This document shows positions 54,931 to 64,000 of a stretch of 64,000 nt of DNA, in pieces. The notes below the pieces were generated by a model that worked only from the letters and a program-made list of their open reading frames with translations, was not told the origin of the DNA and did not search any database. The DNA is from Candidatus Ryanbacteria bacterium RIFCSPLOWO2_12_FULL_44_26. GTDB lineage: Bacteria > Patescibacteriota > Minisyncoccia > Ryanbacterales > HO2-45-13. A program made the position numbers and the translations under genes. Where the stretch lies: positions 3,141 through 67,140 of the forward strand of contig MHOA01000002.1 of NCBI GenBank assembly GCA_001821765.1. Reading direction: 5' to 3'. Position 1 is the stretch's first letter, and every line of letters begins with the position of its first letter.

Positions 54931-55520
54931 ATGACTGCCGATGTTATTCGTTCAAATACCTTTTTTTCCGAACCGACCCCGTCAACGGCAATCACGAAGA
55001 AAGAAGTTTTTTTCTTAAAATATGAAATGATCGGGGGAATATTTTTATCAAACCAACGAAGACGCTCCATGATTGCTTCTTTTTTATCATCATGTCTGCC
55101 GCGGAGCTGTAAGCGTCTGAATACTTCCTGCTGGGGAATATCTAAAATAACAACAAACACGTTTTTTTCACGCCCGTAAAACACAAGCGCTTCAGCGAAC
55201 GCCTGCGCTTCCATTAATGTACGCGGTGATCCGTCAATCACCAGATGATAATGCGGAGAAAACTCTCTAATAAGCGTATCTCCCCAAGCCCATATCGCAA
55301 GAAAGCGCGGGGCAAGCCCACCGGCATCAAGAACGTTTTCTTTTAAGAGTCGGGTTGTGTGTGTTTTTGTTTCCTTCACCAGCGAGCGGAATTTTCCTCC
55401 GCTGTATACATATAGTGTCTTGTTCGATCCGAGATGTTCCACAAGCAGTCTTGCTTGCACTCCCTTTCCCGACCCCGCTTTCCCGATGAAAATAACAGTG
55501 CGGGGGTCTTTTTTATTCAT
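54927..55520 (-). CDS. adk: Adenylate kinase (short lid)
   Basis: GKAGSGKG P-loop, DGSPR, RGRHDD; located after secY. Confidence 0.88.
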   Translation of the reverse strand: MNKKDPRTVIFIGKAGSGKGVQARLLVEHLGSNKTLYVYSGGKFRSLVKETKTHTTRLLKENVLDAGGLAPRFLAIWAWGDTLIREFSPHYHLVIDGSPRTLMEAQAFAEALVFYGREKNVFVVILDIPQQEVFRRLQLRGRHDDKKEAIMERLRWFDKNIPPIISYFKKKTSFFVIAVDGVGSEKKVFERITSAVI

Positions 55521-56775
55521 ATTCCCGGATAGTGAGCTGTGCTTCAATTTTTTTCACCAGTTCAAGCACCACTGAAACCACAATAAGCAGTGCTGTTCCT
55601 CCTATAGTAAGAAACGCCGCACCTGTGATGCCCTGCATAACAAACGGGAGAACGGCGATAAAACCTAAAAAAAGCGCTCCGACAAGAGTAATGCGGTTTA
55701 TGACATACGAGAGATACTGGGCTGTCGGACGGCCCGGACGCATGCCGGGAATAAAACCACCGCTTTTTTGCAGGTTATTTGAAATGGCATCCGGATCGAA
55801 CGTAACAGCCGTGTAAAAATAGGTAAACAAAAATACAAAAATAAAGTAGAGCGCCCCATAGATCCACAACTTCTGAAGAAAGCTCAAAAGCGCGGAAGAG
55901 ATCGCCTGCAGTATCGGATTGGTTGACCCCTCAAAAAAACCTATAAGCATCTGTGGAAAAAGCAGTATTGAAAGAGCAAAGATGATAGGGATGACCCCTG
56001 CTTGATTTACCCTCAATGGAAGATAGGTTGAAATGCCACCGTACATTCGAGCGCCTCGAACACGCTTTGCGTATGAAATAGGAATCGGGCGCTCTCCCTG
56101 CGTCACAATAACTACGCCGGCTACGATCAACACCGACGCGACGAGAAAGCCGATAAATGTTGGAATTTGGGATGGATCATAAGCGATCAATGCCTGTCTC
56201 ATTGCGCTTGGAATGCCCGCCACTATACCGGCAAAAATGATTATTGAAACTCCATTGCCGATGCCATATTCGCTGATGAGTTCCCCGATCCACATGAGCA
56301 ATATTGATCCGGCAGTAACAATAACCACATTCATCAATGTGGCACCAAACGGCAACGGGTCTATAACGCCCTGCCTTGTAAGAAGCGTGAGAAAACCGTA
56401 TCCCTGAAGCATTGCAAGCGGAACAGTAAGCAGCCGCGAATACTGCATAAATTTTTTCCTTCCGGCCTCTCCCTCCTCATGATAAAGAGCTTTGAGAGCG
56501 GGGAACATCATGGTAAGAAGCTGCATGATAATGGTCGCGGTGATATAAGGACCAACTCCAAGCATCACGATAGAAAGATTATCCATGGCGCCTCCTGTAA
56601 ACACATTTAAAAGTCCGAAGAGCTGATTCCCTTCAAAAAATACACGAAGGCGCTCTGCATCAATGCCGGGAGTTGGAATAGCGGCTGCGACGCGAAATAC
56701 AACTAAAAAACCGAGAAGAATGAGAATCTTTTTTCTCAACAGTTTGTCCTTCAAGATGCGAAGAAGTATTTCCAT
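55513..56775 (-). CDS. secY: Preprotein translocase subunit SecY
   Basis: LGVGPYITA, GIGNG.S, AGVIPIIFA, IPGMRPG, GGT.LLIVV. Confidence 0.97.
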   Translation of the reverse strand: MEILLRILKDKLLRKKILILLGFLVVFRVAAAIPTPGIDAERLRVFFEGNQLFGLLNVFTGGAMDNLSIVMLGVGPYITATIIMQLLTMMFPALKALYHEEGEAGRKKFMQYSRLLTVPLAMLQGYGFLTLLTRQGVIDPLPFGATLMNVVIVTAGSILLMWIGELISEYGIGNGVSIIIFAGIVAGIPSAMRQALIAYDPSQIPTFIGFLVASVLIVAGVVIVTQGERPIPISYAKRVRGARMYGGISTYLPLRVNQAGVIPIIFALSILLFPQMLIGFFEGSTNPILQAISSALLSFLQKLWIYGALYFIFVFLFTYFYTAVTFDPDAISNNLQKSGGFIPGMRPGRPTAQYLSYVINRITLVGALFLGFIAVLPFVMQGITGAAFLTIGGTALLIVVSVVLELVKKIEAQLTIREYE

Positions 56776-57209
56776 TATTGTTCTAAAACGCTTCCACCCG
56801 CTTTTTTCACCTTGCTATCGGCAGATTTGGAGAGCTGACAATGCTCAACAAGAAGTTTCTTAGTCAGCTTTCCTGAACCGAGGAGTTTTATGGTAACTGA
56901 TTTTTTAAGATTTCCACGAATAAGGCCTTTTGCCCGAAGCGTCAGTGGAGTAACTTTCTCTCCGTTATCATATTTTGCCTCAAGCGCTCCGACATTCACT
57001 ACAGCGGCTTTTGCTTTAAACCGTTTCATCCGATAACCTTTTTTTTTCGGAATCCGTTTTATTACATCACGGACGGCCGGGCGAATACGTCTTCCTGCGC
57101 GGGATTTTTGACCCTTTATGCCCCGTCCGGAATATGTTCCCCGCTTTCCCCCACGCCCTACACGGACTTTTCTGCTTTTTTTACTTGGTTGAAGGTTGTG
57201 CAATTGCAT
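56775..57209 (-). CDS. rplO: 50S ribosomal protein L15
   Basis: RVGRGGKRGTYSGRGIKGQKSR, KLLGSG, AGG. Confidence 0.95.
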   Translation of the reverse strand: MQLHNLQPSKKSRKVRVGRGGKRGTYSGRGIKGQKSRAGRRIRPAVRDVIKRIPKKKGYRMKRFKAKAAVVNVGALEAKYDNGEKVTPLTLRAKGLIRGNLKKSVTIKLLGSGKLTKKLLVEHCQLSKSADSKVKKAGGSVLEQ

Positions 57210-57312
57210 ACAAAGTAAAGAAATTTCAACTACTTACAATCAATAATATATGCTTCACTTACATCTGCTTTGCGCTGGACGCCATTTGTTGTACAAGCAT
57301 GTAGTCGACACA

Positions 57313-57795
57313 TCACTTGGAGGGATGGTTTTTCAGCGGCTGTAATCTTTTCAGGGCCTCTAACACAGCTCTGGCATTGTTTAACCTGTTTGTTGATCGC
57401 GAAGTAATCTTTGCCGTAGCATCTTCAACGCCCGCAAGTTCCAACACCACCCTTACGGCGCTTCCGGCAACAAGGCCTCTGCCGAACCTCCCGGGCTTCA
57501 GTATGAGGGCGCTGGAACCGTATTTAGCAGAAACATCATGCGGAATGCTTTTGTTTGAAGTGAGTGGCACTGAAATAAACGATTTTCTTGCCAGTCGCAG
57601 TGCTTTGTCAATAGCAAGTGAGGTGTCTTTGCCTTTTCCAATTCCAACACCGACTTTTCCTTTTCTGTCACCTGCAACAACGGTTGCGCGGAAACTGAAC
57701 CGTCTCCCGCCCGAAACAACTCTTGCAACCCTTCGCATATCCACTACCTTGTATTCAACGTCGCTTGTTTCTTTTTTTGCTCTTGTTCTTCTCAT
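57313..57795 (-). CDS. rpsE: 30S ribosomal protein S5
   Basis: RVARVVSGGRRFSFRATVVAGD..GKVGVG.GK. Confidence 0.95.
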   Translation of the reverse strand: MRRTRAKKETSDVEYKVVDMRRVARVVSGGRRFSFRATVVAGDRKGKVGVGIGKGKDTSLAIDKALRLARKSFISVPLTSNKSIPHDVSAKYGSSALILKPGRFGRGLVAGSAVRVVLELAGVEDATAKITSRSTNRLNNARAVLEALKRLQPLKNHPSK

Positions 57796-57799
57796 AATA

Positions 57800-58171
57800 T
57801 TAAAACTGAAGTCCCGTTTCTCGTGCGCCTTCTGCAACCGCTTTGACACGACCATGATAAGCGTAAGCGCCTCTATCAAAAATAACACTCTTAATCCCAA
57901 GATGCAGAGCTTTTTTTGCAATTTGTTCTCCAATAAGACGCGCTTGATCAGTTTTTGTTTTTATTTTCTCTCTGCCTTTTGCTGTCAACACGCTTCCCGC
58001 TGAAGCTAGCGTATAACCTTTCTCGTCATCAATAAGCTGGGCTGTGATATATCGCAAAGAGCGATGCACTGAAAGGCGCGGCCGCCTCGCGGTGCCATGG
58101 ATTTTTGAACGCACCCTTTTCTTGCGTAAGAAGATCTGGTTGTGGTTTTTTCCTTTGATATGTCTCCTCAT
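57800..58171 (-). CDS. rplR: 50S ribosomal protein L18
   Basis: RPRLSVHRS, AQLIDD, FDRGAYAYHGRV...ARETGL.F. Confidence 0.95.
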   Translation of the reverse strand: MRRHIKGKNHNQIFLRKKRVRSKIHGTARRPRLSVHRSLRYITAQLIDDEKGYTLASAGSVLTAKGREKIKTKTDQARLIGEQIAKKALHLGIKSVIFDRGAYAYHGRVKAVAEGARETGLQF

Positions 58172-58184
58172 GGTGGTTATTCTG

Positions 58185-58730
58185 CTACATTGTCGTCCCA
58201 GCCGCTCTTTTTCCGACTTTACGCCTGATAACCTCATTTTCATATTTGATTCCTTTTCCTTTATACGGTTCCGGTTTTTTAAGAGAACGGATGGAGGCTG
58301 CAACATTACCGACAAGCTCCTTGGAAATTCCAGATACAATAATAGTGTTTTTCTCCACCTTGAAGTCAACTCCACTGCGTGCCTTCACCACTATTGGATG
58401 TGAAAACCCGAGCTTGAGCTCCAGATCAGTGCCTTTGAGATTTGCACGGTATCCAACCCCTTCAATAACCAATCTTTTTTCATATCCTTTTGTGGCCCCT
58501 TTTATCATATTCTGAAGATGTGAACGGTAGGTTCCCCATAACGACACGATAAACTCATCGGTGTTTTGCGGAACTAACGTTACAGATTCATCCTTTATGA
58601 TAAAACGAATATCCGGTCGGACAGCTAGTTCAAGAACCCCTTTTGGTCCTTTGACCGTGATAACCCCTCCTTTAAAAGAAACATGAACGTCCTTGGGAAT
58701 TATGACAGGTTGTTTGCCAATCCGGCTCAT
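58185..58730 (-). CDS. rplF: 50S ribosomal protein L6
   Basis: MSRIGKQPV, GVGYRA, PEPYKGKGI. Confidence 0.97.
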   Translation of the reverse strand: MSRIGKQPVIIPKDVHVSFKGGVITVKGPKGVLELAVRPDIRFIIKDESVTLVPQNTDEFIVSLWGTYRSHLQNMIKGATKGYEKRLVIEGVGYRANLKGTDLELKLGFSHPIVVKARSGVDFKVEKNTIIVSGISKELVGNVAASIRSLKKPEPYKGKGIKYENEVIRRKVGKRAAGTTM

Positions 58731-58905
58731 GCTCAAAGCGTGCTGATCCGCCAGCGGGCGGGCAAGAATAATGTTATGTTATTGGGAATGATTGTGCTGT
58801 TTGTTGTCATATGTACTCTTGTAAAAAGTGTCATGATGTTCGTTTTTAACTTCGGTTTTCTATTTGGCGTTTTGTTATTTGATATTTATATCTGGCATTT
58901 GTCCG

Positions 58906-59298
58906 TTACCATATCTCGAACATCACTTCTCCGCCGAGTCCTTCACGAACGGCCTTCCTGTTGGTCATAAGTCCTTTGGAAGTAGAAAGAACAGAGATGC
59001 CGATGTCACTTTTTACGGGGCGCAATAGTCGCGTTTTTTGGTACATGCGCCTCCCGGGTCTGGAAACTCTCTTTATGCCGTGAATTGCTGGTTTTTTATG
59101 CTCATCATATAAAACGTCAAATTCAACGAAACGTTTGTCTTTCCTCCCGCGCTTCGTCACCTTTTTTACATATCCTTCTTCCTGTAAAAGCTTTGCTATA
59201 TTCCAAAGCAGCGCGGAATACGGAACAACGACGCTTGCCTTTCCAACGAGCTGCGCGTTTCTGATGCGTGTTAACATGTCACTTATTGGGTCAGTCAT
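58906..59298 (-). CDS. rpsH: 30S ribosomal protein S8
   Basis: DPISDMLTRIRNA, SRPGRRMY, STSKG, GGE. Confidence 0.97.
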   Translation of the reverse strand: MTDPISDMLTRIRNAQLVGKASVVVPYSALLWNIAKLLQEEGYVKKVTKRGRKDKRFVEFDVLYDEHKKPAIHGIKRVSRPGRRMYQKTRLLRPVKSDIGISVLSTSKGLMTNRKAVREGLGGEVMFEIW

Positions 59299-59409
59299 AA
59301 GACATCATTAAAATTAAAAATGAAAAGTCAAAAATCCAAAGCTCATGCAACGTGCAAAAAGCACTATCGTTTCATTTTCATTGAGGTTTGTCATGTCGCA
59401 TGTACTACC

Positions 59410-59595
59410 TTACCAGCTCGATTTCTTTATGCCGGGCACATACCCTTCGTGTGCAAGCTCACGAAAACAAATCCTGCAAAGGTCAAAATCTCCCATATAA
59501 CCACGCTTACGGCCGCATCGAAAACAACGCCGCACTATGCGGGTTGTAAACTTCGGCTTCTTCTTTGCTCTCGCTATAACAGAAACCTTCGCCAT
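59410..59595 (-). CDS. rpsN: 30S ribosomal protein S14 (zinc-binding type)
   Basis: RCFRCGR...LCRICFRE..PG.KKSSW. Confidence 0.95.
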   Translation of the reverse strand: MAKVSVIARAKKKPKFTTRIVRRCFRCGRKRGYMGDFDLCRICFRELAHEGYVPGIKKSSW

Positions 59596-59673
59596 GGTGT
59601 TGGTACAGTATACCTTCTTCTAAGATGCGAAGTCAAGCCGAAGACGTGGAGCAGCCTAAAATTTCCGGCACAT

Positions 59674-60225
59674 TTACTTTTCCTGACCCTCTTTCTGCAA
59701 AGGAAAACCAAACTGGCGGAAAAGTTCTATTGCTTCTTCCCTCGTTTTAGCGTTTGTAACAACAGTTATTTGGAGGCTAAAAATTTTGGAAATATCCTCA
59801 CCAATCGTCTCGGGAAAAATAATGTGTTCCCGTATGCCAAGGTTTAAATTACCGCTTTCATCAATATTGGAAAGAGGAATGCCTCGAAAATCACGCGTGC
59901 GTGGAATGGAAGCAAAAATCAGTTTTGAAAGAAATTCATACATACGCCTTCCGCGAAGCATGATCCGATACCCAACAATAGCGCCCGCTCTTATTTTAAA
60001 AGATGCGATAGACTTGTTTGTCGGTCGTTCCTGTGGCATTTGACCCGTGATAAGAGAAAGCATGTGTTTTATGCTCTCCCGCTCCTTGCGATCCTGTACC
60101 CGCCCTATACCGACATTGATAACAGCTTTTTCAAAGCGAGGAACCTCCATGACATTACCATAATGAAAATGTTCCTTCATGGCAGGAATGACTTTTTTCT
60201 TATAGTGGTCTAATAGTGTAAGCAT
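59674..60225 (-). CDS. rplE: 50S ribosomal protein L5
   Basis: ITGQ.P, SIASFKIR.G, RDFRG, GIREHIIFPE. Confidence 0.96.
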   Translation of the reverse strand: MLTLLDHYKKKVIPAMKEHFHYGNVMEVPRFEKAVINVGIGRVQDRKERESIKHMLSLITGQMPQERPTNKSIASFKIRAGAIVGYRIMLRGRRMYEFLSKLIFASIPRTRDFRGIPLSNIDESGNLNLGIREHIIFPETIGEDISKIFSLQITVVTNAKTREEAIELFRQFGFPLQKEGQEK

Positions 60226-60345
60226 GGTTATAATTTCTTATTACTCTAACTATTTTAAAATTATTCTCATTGGCAGCATGCGTGCGATCCGGATAAACAC
60301 CTCTTGCTTAAAACAATAAACAACAAAGCGGTGAAGGAGAAAATA

Positions 60346-60651
60346 CTATACAACACTCCCACATCTCTTGCAAATCCGTGACCTTCCATGTTCATGAACC
60401 TGGTAGGATAAACGTGCCGATTTTTTGCAGTTGGGACAGAGCAAACTCACGTTTGAGGCCGAAATTCGTCCCGGAATTTCAACAACCTGCCCCTTTTCGC
60501 CTGAACGGCGAGGACGAACATGCCGTTTTTTTATGTTTATCCCTTCAACAATAATGTTGCCCGTTTTCGGAAAGATGGAAATAATTTTCCCGGTTCGCCC
60601 CCTGTCCTTTCCTTTAGCGATATATACCATGTCACCTTTTTTTACTTTCAT
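60346..60651 (-). CDS. rplX: 50S ribosomal protein L24
   Basis: KKGD.V...GKDRG..G, VEGIN, SNV; C-terminal CxxC..CxxC. Confidence 0.95.
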   Translation of the reverse strand: MKVKKGDMVYIAKGKDRGRTGKIISIFPKTGNIIVEGINIKKRHVRPRRSGEKGQVVEIPGRISASNVSLLCPNCKKSARLSYQVHEHGRSRICKRCGSVV

Positions 60652-60786
60652 GCCAAAAGTTCACTGCTCCGCCAGTGGGTAGAGAAAGATACCGTTGTTA
60701 TCAATAATGGTTCTCATTGCTGTTATATGTACTATGGTAAAAAAATAAACTGTAGTTACACACATACCTTTGTAAACAGATTTTCT

Positions 60787-61152
60787 CTATACAACTTCTT
60801 CCGCAAGCGATATAATCTTTCCAAAACCCTTTTCACGAAGCTCTATTGGTATTGGGCCAAAAATACGCCCACCGCGGGGATTAAATCCATCAACTACCAC
60901 CGCCGCATTTTCGTCAAACCGAACATAAGATCCGTCAGATCTGCGAACAGGAGCTTTTGTTCTGACAATAACAGCGCGCACCTTATCCTTTTTCTTAATC
61001 TGCTTGCGGGGTTCCGCTGTTTGCACAGAAGCAACAACAACATCCCCGAGATGGGCATACCGTCTCCGTGTTCCTCCTAAAATTTTAAATACCCGGATGA
61101 CTTTCGCTCCGGAATTATCTGCTACTTTTAACAGTGTCCGCGGCTGAATCAT
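60787..61152 (-). CDS. rplN: 50S ribosomal protein L14
   Basis: MIQ...[22 protein letters not shown]. Confidence 0.97.
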   Translation of the reverse strand: MIQPRTLLKVADNSGAKVIRVFKILGGTRRRYAHLGDVVVASVQTAEPRKQIKKKDKVRAVIVRTKAPVRRSDGSYVRFDENAAVVVDGFNPRGGRIFGPIPIELREKGFGKIISLAEEVV

Positions 61153-61253
61153 AATAAGCAAAAATCAAAAACCAAATCTCGGAATGCAAAACGTTGGAAT
61201 TGTCCCTCAACGCGGGATACCTTTATACCGATATGTATACTTTGCATATTGTG

Positions 61254-61496
61254 CTATATCTTACTAACTACTTTCCACCGCTTATCTCTTGAGATCGGTT
61301 TTGACGCTTCAATAATCACCCTATCTCCAATATGATACTCATTTCGCTCGTCGTGCGCTTTATAACGCTTGCTCCGTTTCATAAACTTTTTATATAAAGG
61401 GTGTTTGCGAAGACGCGTTACCTTTACAACAACAGTTTTTTCCATTTTATCCGAAACGACAAGTCCTCGTAATCGTTGTTTATGTTTTTGTTCCAT
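61254..61496 (-). CDS. rpsQ: 30S ribosomal protein S17
   Basis: [31 protein letters not shown]. Confidence 0.96.
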   Translation of the reverse strand: MEQKHKQRLRGLVVSDKMEKTVVVKVTRLRKHPLYKKFMKRSKRYKAHDERNEYHIGDRVIIEASKPISRDKRWKVVSKI

Positions 61497-61680
61497 AATT
61501 GCTTTCTTTTAAAATGGTAAGGATACGCGCAATGGTGCGGCGAGAGTTTCTTGCGGACTTGACATTTTTGCTTTTCCCCTTCGCACTTTGGAAACGAAAA
61601 GCAGCAAGAGCTGTTTGTTCCTTTCGCAGTTGCTCATTAAGTTCTTTTGCTGATTTAGATCGAAGTTCTTTTGTTTTCAT
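61480..61680 (-). CDS. rpmC: 50S ribosomal protein L29
   Basis: [17 protein letters not shown]. Confidence 0.93.
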   Translation of the reverse strand: MKTKELRSKSAKELNEQLRKEQTALAAFRFQSAKGKSKNVKSARNSRRTIARILTILKESNYGTKT

Positions 61681-61833
61681 AATCCGCTCATCAACCTCTT
61701 ATGCTGCCGCGAATGATCCTTAACACTGTTCCCTCGCTAACCTAGCTTATCTTGTTGCTAATAATCTTTCATATCATTCGATAATGATTCGGGTTTTTAA
61801 TTCGGAAACAGATTAGAGATTTGGTAAATTCCT

Positions 61834-62247
61834 TTATGTTCGCGAAACGATTTTCGTTTTAACCGATAATTTTGAGCCGGCTCTTCTTAACGCTTCTTTT
61901 GCAATCGTTTCATCCACCCCATCAATCTCAAACAGTATCCGACCGGGCTTCACTGGAAACACAAACCCTTCCGGACTTCCCTTTCCTCCACCCATGGTTA
62001 CTTCAGGCGGACGTCTTGTAATGGGCTTATCCGGGAAGACACGAATCCATATTTTCCCTCCACGCTGCACATATCTCGACATCGCACGACGCGCCGCTTC
62101 AATTTGGCGACTGGTCAGCCATGTTGCTCCATCGCTCTTTAAACCGTACGATCCAAACGCAAGGCGCAATCCTCTTGTTTCCACCATACGCTTTCTGGAA
62201 CGGCCTTTTTGCCATTTTCTATGTTTAACTTTTTTTGGAAAAAGCAT
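61834..62247 (-). CDS. rplP: 50S ribosomal protein L16
   Basis: [30 protein letters not shown]. Confidence 0.97.
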   Translation of the reverse strand: MLFPKKVKHRKWQKGRSRKRMVETRGLRLAFGSYGLKSDGATWLTSRQIEAARRAMSRYVQRGGKIWIRVFPDKPITRRPPEVTMGGGKGSPEGFVFPVKPGRILFEIDGVDETIAKEALRRAGSKLSVKTKIVSRT

Positions 62248-62289
62248 ACCAATATAGACGATGAATAACTGATGCTGTATTGTAATCGA

Positions 62290-62976
62290 TTATTTGCTAT
62301 TCGTAGGTTTTTGGTTCTCGCCAAAAATCTCTCCTTTATAAATCCACACCTTAACGCCAATGGTGCCGTATGGTAAATGCGCCGTATCCCTTGCAAAATC
62401 TATGTTCGCCCGTAGCGTCTGGAGTGGAATTTTCCCTTCTCTGATCCATTCTCTTCTCCCCATTTCAGAGCCGTCAAGACGCCCCTTAAGTAAAATACGC
62501 GCACCTTCAACGCTGCGTGCACTCATCATCTTAGCTACATGCTGTTTTAATATCCGCCGAAACCTGATACGTCTTTCCAGATCCTGCACAATAAGCCGTG
62601 CAACCACACTTGCATTTGCTTCTGGGTTGCGCACTTCCTCAACAGCTATCTTGAAAGAAAAATTCGGGGAACCCAAAGACGCAGAAAGTTCCCGTGCTTT
62701 TTTTAAGATTTCTTTTTTAAGTCTTTCAATGCCTTCTCCTCCGCGCCCGATAAGCAAGCCGGGTCGGGGAGTACGAATAGTCAAACGAAACTCTCTGGCA
62801 GAGCGCTCAATCTCAATGGACTCCACCATATAATTCTTGAGCTTTTTCATCAACCACTCACGAAGTAGTGTATCTTCCTTCAAAAACTGTGCGTAGGAAG
62901 TACGATGAAACCACCGGGACCTCCAGTCACGATTGATGCCCAATCTAAAAACGTATGGATGAACATTATGCGTCAT
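62290..62976 (-). CDS. rpsC: 30S ribosomal protein S3
   Basis: HP..FRLG...W.S.W, RPGLLIGRGG, GRLDGSE, PLQTLRANID, GVKVWI. Confidence 0.96.
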   Translation of the reverse strand: MTHNVHPYVFRLGINRDWRSRWFHRTSYAQFLKEDTLLREWLMKKLKNYMVESIEIERSAREFRLTIRTPRPGLLIGRGGEGIERLKKEILKKARELSASLGSPNFSFKIAVEEVRNPEANASVVARLIVQDLERRIRFRRILKQHVAKMMSARSVEGARILLKGRLDGSEMGRREWIREGKIPLQTLRANIDFARDTAHLPYGTIGVKVWIYKGEIFGENQKPTNSK

Positions 62977-63313
62977 AAGAATCCAAAACCACCGTGATAT
63001 GGCTGGTCCGTTTTTTATACATTGTGGCGCGACCGTGGGCTCTGGGCATATATCGTTTAAAGGGCCTTCCCTCATCAACAGTGATTGTTTTGATGAACAT
63101 TTCTTCTTCCGGATTTTTAACCCCCGCGTTGTGCTTAGCATTCGCAACAGCACAGGCAACTAGTTTTTGAAGCGGTTTCGAAGAACGCTTGGCACGAAAG
63201 TGGAATTCTTGTTGAGCTTCAATAACCTTCATGCCTCGAACGCGGTCAGCAAGAAGACGCACTTTCCTTGGTGCTATATGAAGCGATTTTAACTGCGCCT
63301 TAACTTCCGTCAT
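62966..63313 (-). CDS. rplV: 50S ribosomal protein L22
   Basis: APRKVRLLAD, ANA..N, PRAHGRA, SHITV. Confidence 0.96.
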   Translation of the reverse strand: MTEVKAQLKSLHIAPRKVRLLADRVRGMKVIEAQQEFHFRAKRSSKPLQKLVACAVANAKHNAGVKNPEEEMFIKTITVDEGRPFKRYMPRAHGRATMYKKRTSHITVVLDSYDA

Positions 63314-63478
63314 GCGATCTTTTTAAATGTTATGTGCCAAGTATGCGACACACGTATTGAAACGATACTACCATGTTTCGTACAGCGTTGCAATGTTTTA
63401 AGATCAGGTCAGCAACGGTAGCGTTCAAAACCGACCGACTATAAAAACCCGGCAACACCCGTGCATAAGGAAAAATCT

Positions 63479-63790
63479 TTATTGTTTCTGTGGTTTGGCT
63501 GCCTCGGTTTGTTTTTGTTCAATCTTCTTTTGCATTTTCCCGCCATGTCTTATAAACTTTCTTGTTGCGCTGAACTCTCCAAACCTGTGACCAACCATAT
63601 TTTCACTCACCTTTACTTCGATAAAATCCCTTCCGTTGTGCACGCCAAACGTATACCCGACCATTTCCGGCGAAATCATAGAAGCGCGCGACCATGTTTT
63701 TATAACCTTTTTCGTGTTAGATCCTGCCTGCTTTACCTTTTGAAGCAGTCTCGGATCCACATACGGCCCTTTTTTTGCTGAACGTGTCAT
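63479..63790 (-). CDS. rpsS: 30S ribosomal protein S19
   Basis: RS.KKGPYVD, KTWSRAS, VHNG, MVGH..GEF. Confidence 0.97.
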   Translation of the reverse strand: MTRSAKKGPYVDPRLLQKVKQAGSNTKKVIKTWSRASMISPEMVGYTFGVHNGRDFIEVKVSENMVGHRFGEFSATRKFIRHGGKMQKKIEQKQTEAAKPQKQ

Positions 63791-63800
63791 AGTGCTTCGC

Positions 63801-64000
63801 TTATTTTTTCCTCTTTACTTTCGGGCGTCTGCTTACAATATACATATTAGAATACTTCTTTTTTCCTCTCGTTTTTACTCCTCTTACGCCCTTTCCCCAT
63901 TTGTTCTTGGGCCGCCTTGTACCTTGTGGAGCTTTTCCTTCTCCTCCTCCATAGGGATGATCTACCGGGTTCATGGCTGATCCTCTGACGGTGGGGCGTA
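63801..64000 (-). CDS. rplB: 50S ribosomal protein L2, C-terminal part (truncated by window edge)
   Basis: Manual translation [22 protein letters not shown]...KWGK...KTR. Confidence 0.96.
   Translation of the reverse strand, partial: RPTVRGSAMNPVDHPYGGGEGKAPQGTRRPKNKWGKGVRGVKTRGKKKYSNMYIVSRRPKVKRKK

Noticed and set aside
57317-61080. Long plus-strand ORFs (57317-58003, 58683-58970, 59320-59847, 60520-61080)
   Set aside because: Antisense shadows of ribosomal protein genes and their spacers, with no motifs or initiation signals.
1-64000. CRISPR array, tRNA or rRNA genes, prophage, recoded UGA (code 25)
   Set aside because: No regularly spaced repeats, tRNA arms (other than tmRNA), rRNA or phage genes were seen. 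Conserved genes are full length in code 11 and several end in TGA.

Overview
A 64 kb window of a Patescibacteria (CPR, Parcubacteria-like) chromosome using genetic code 11, with most genes on the minus strand. The core content is five aminoacyl-tRNA synthetases (LeuRS, MetRS, GlyRS, ArgRS, and an IleRS with an inserted histidine-phosphatase domain), a thiol-redox/folding cluster, class III RNR (nrdDG), smpB-tmRNA, infC-rpmI-rplT, PolX/UDG/RecJ/RNase H, pgk/tpiA, a large adhesin-like protein and the rplB-to-map ribosomal cluster without rpmD. The best candidates for new biology are non-coding. (1) A promoter- and terminator-bounded multi-branched RNA of about 200 nt lies downstream of polX (32822-33025). 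(2) An orphan purD at the tmRNA 3' end sits between two inverted, internally structured elements sharing 30/32-nt inner ends. (3) A G.U-biased minus-strand hairpin lies upstream of polX, antisense to an SD-led 13-codon ORF. (4) 7-nt-periodic tracts occur in spacers and in frame inside leuS. No tRNA, rRNA, CRISPR array, integrase or transposase was seen. All calls were made by eye, without database searches.
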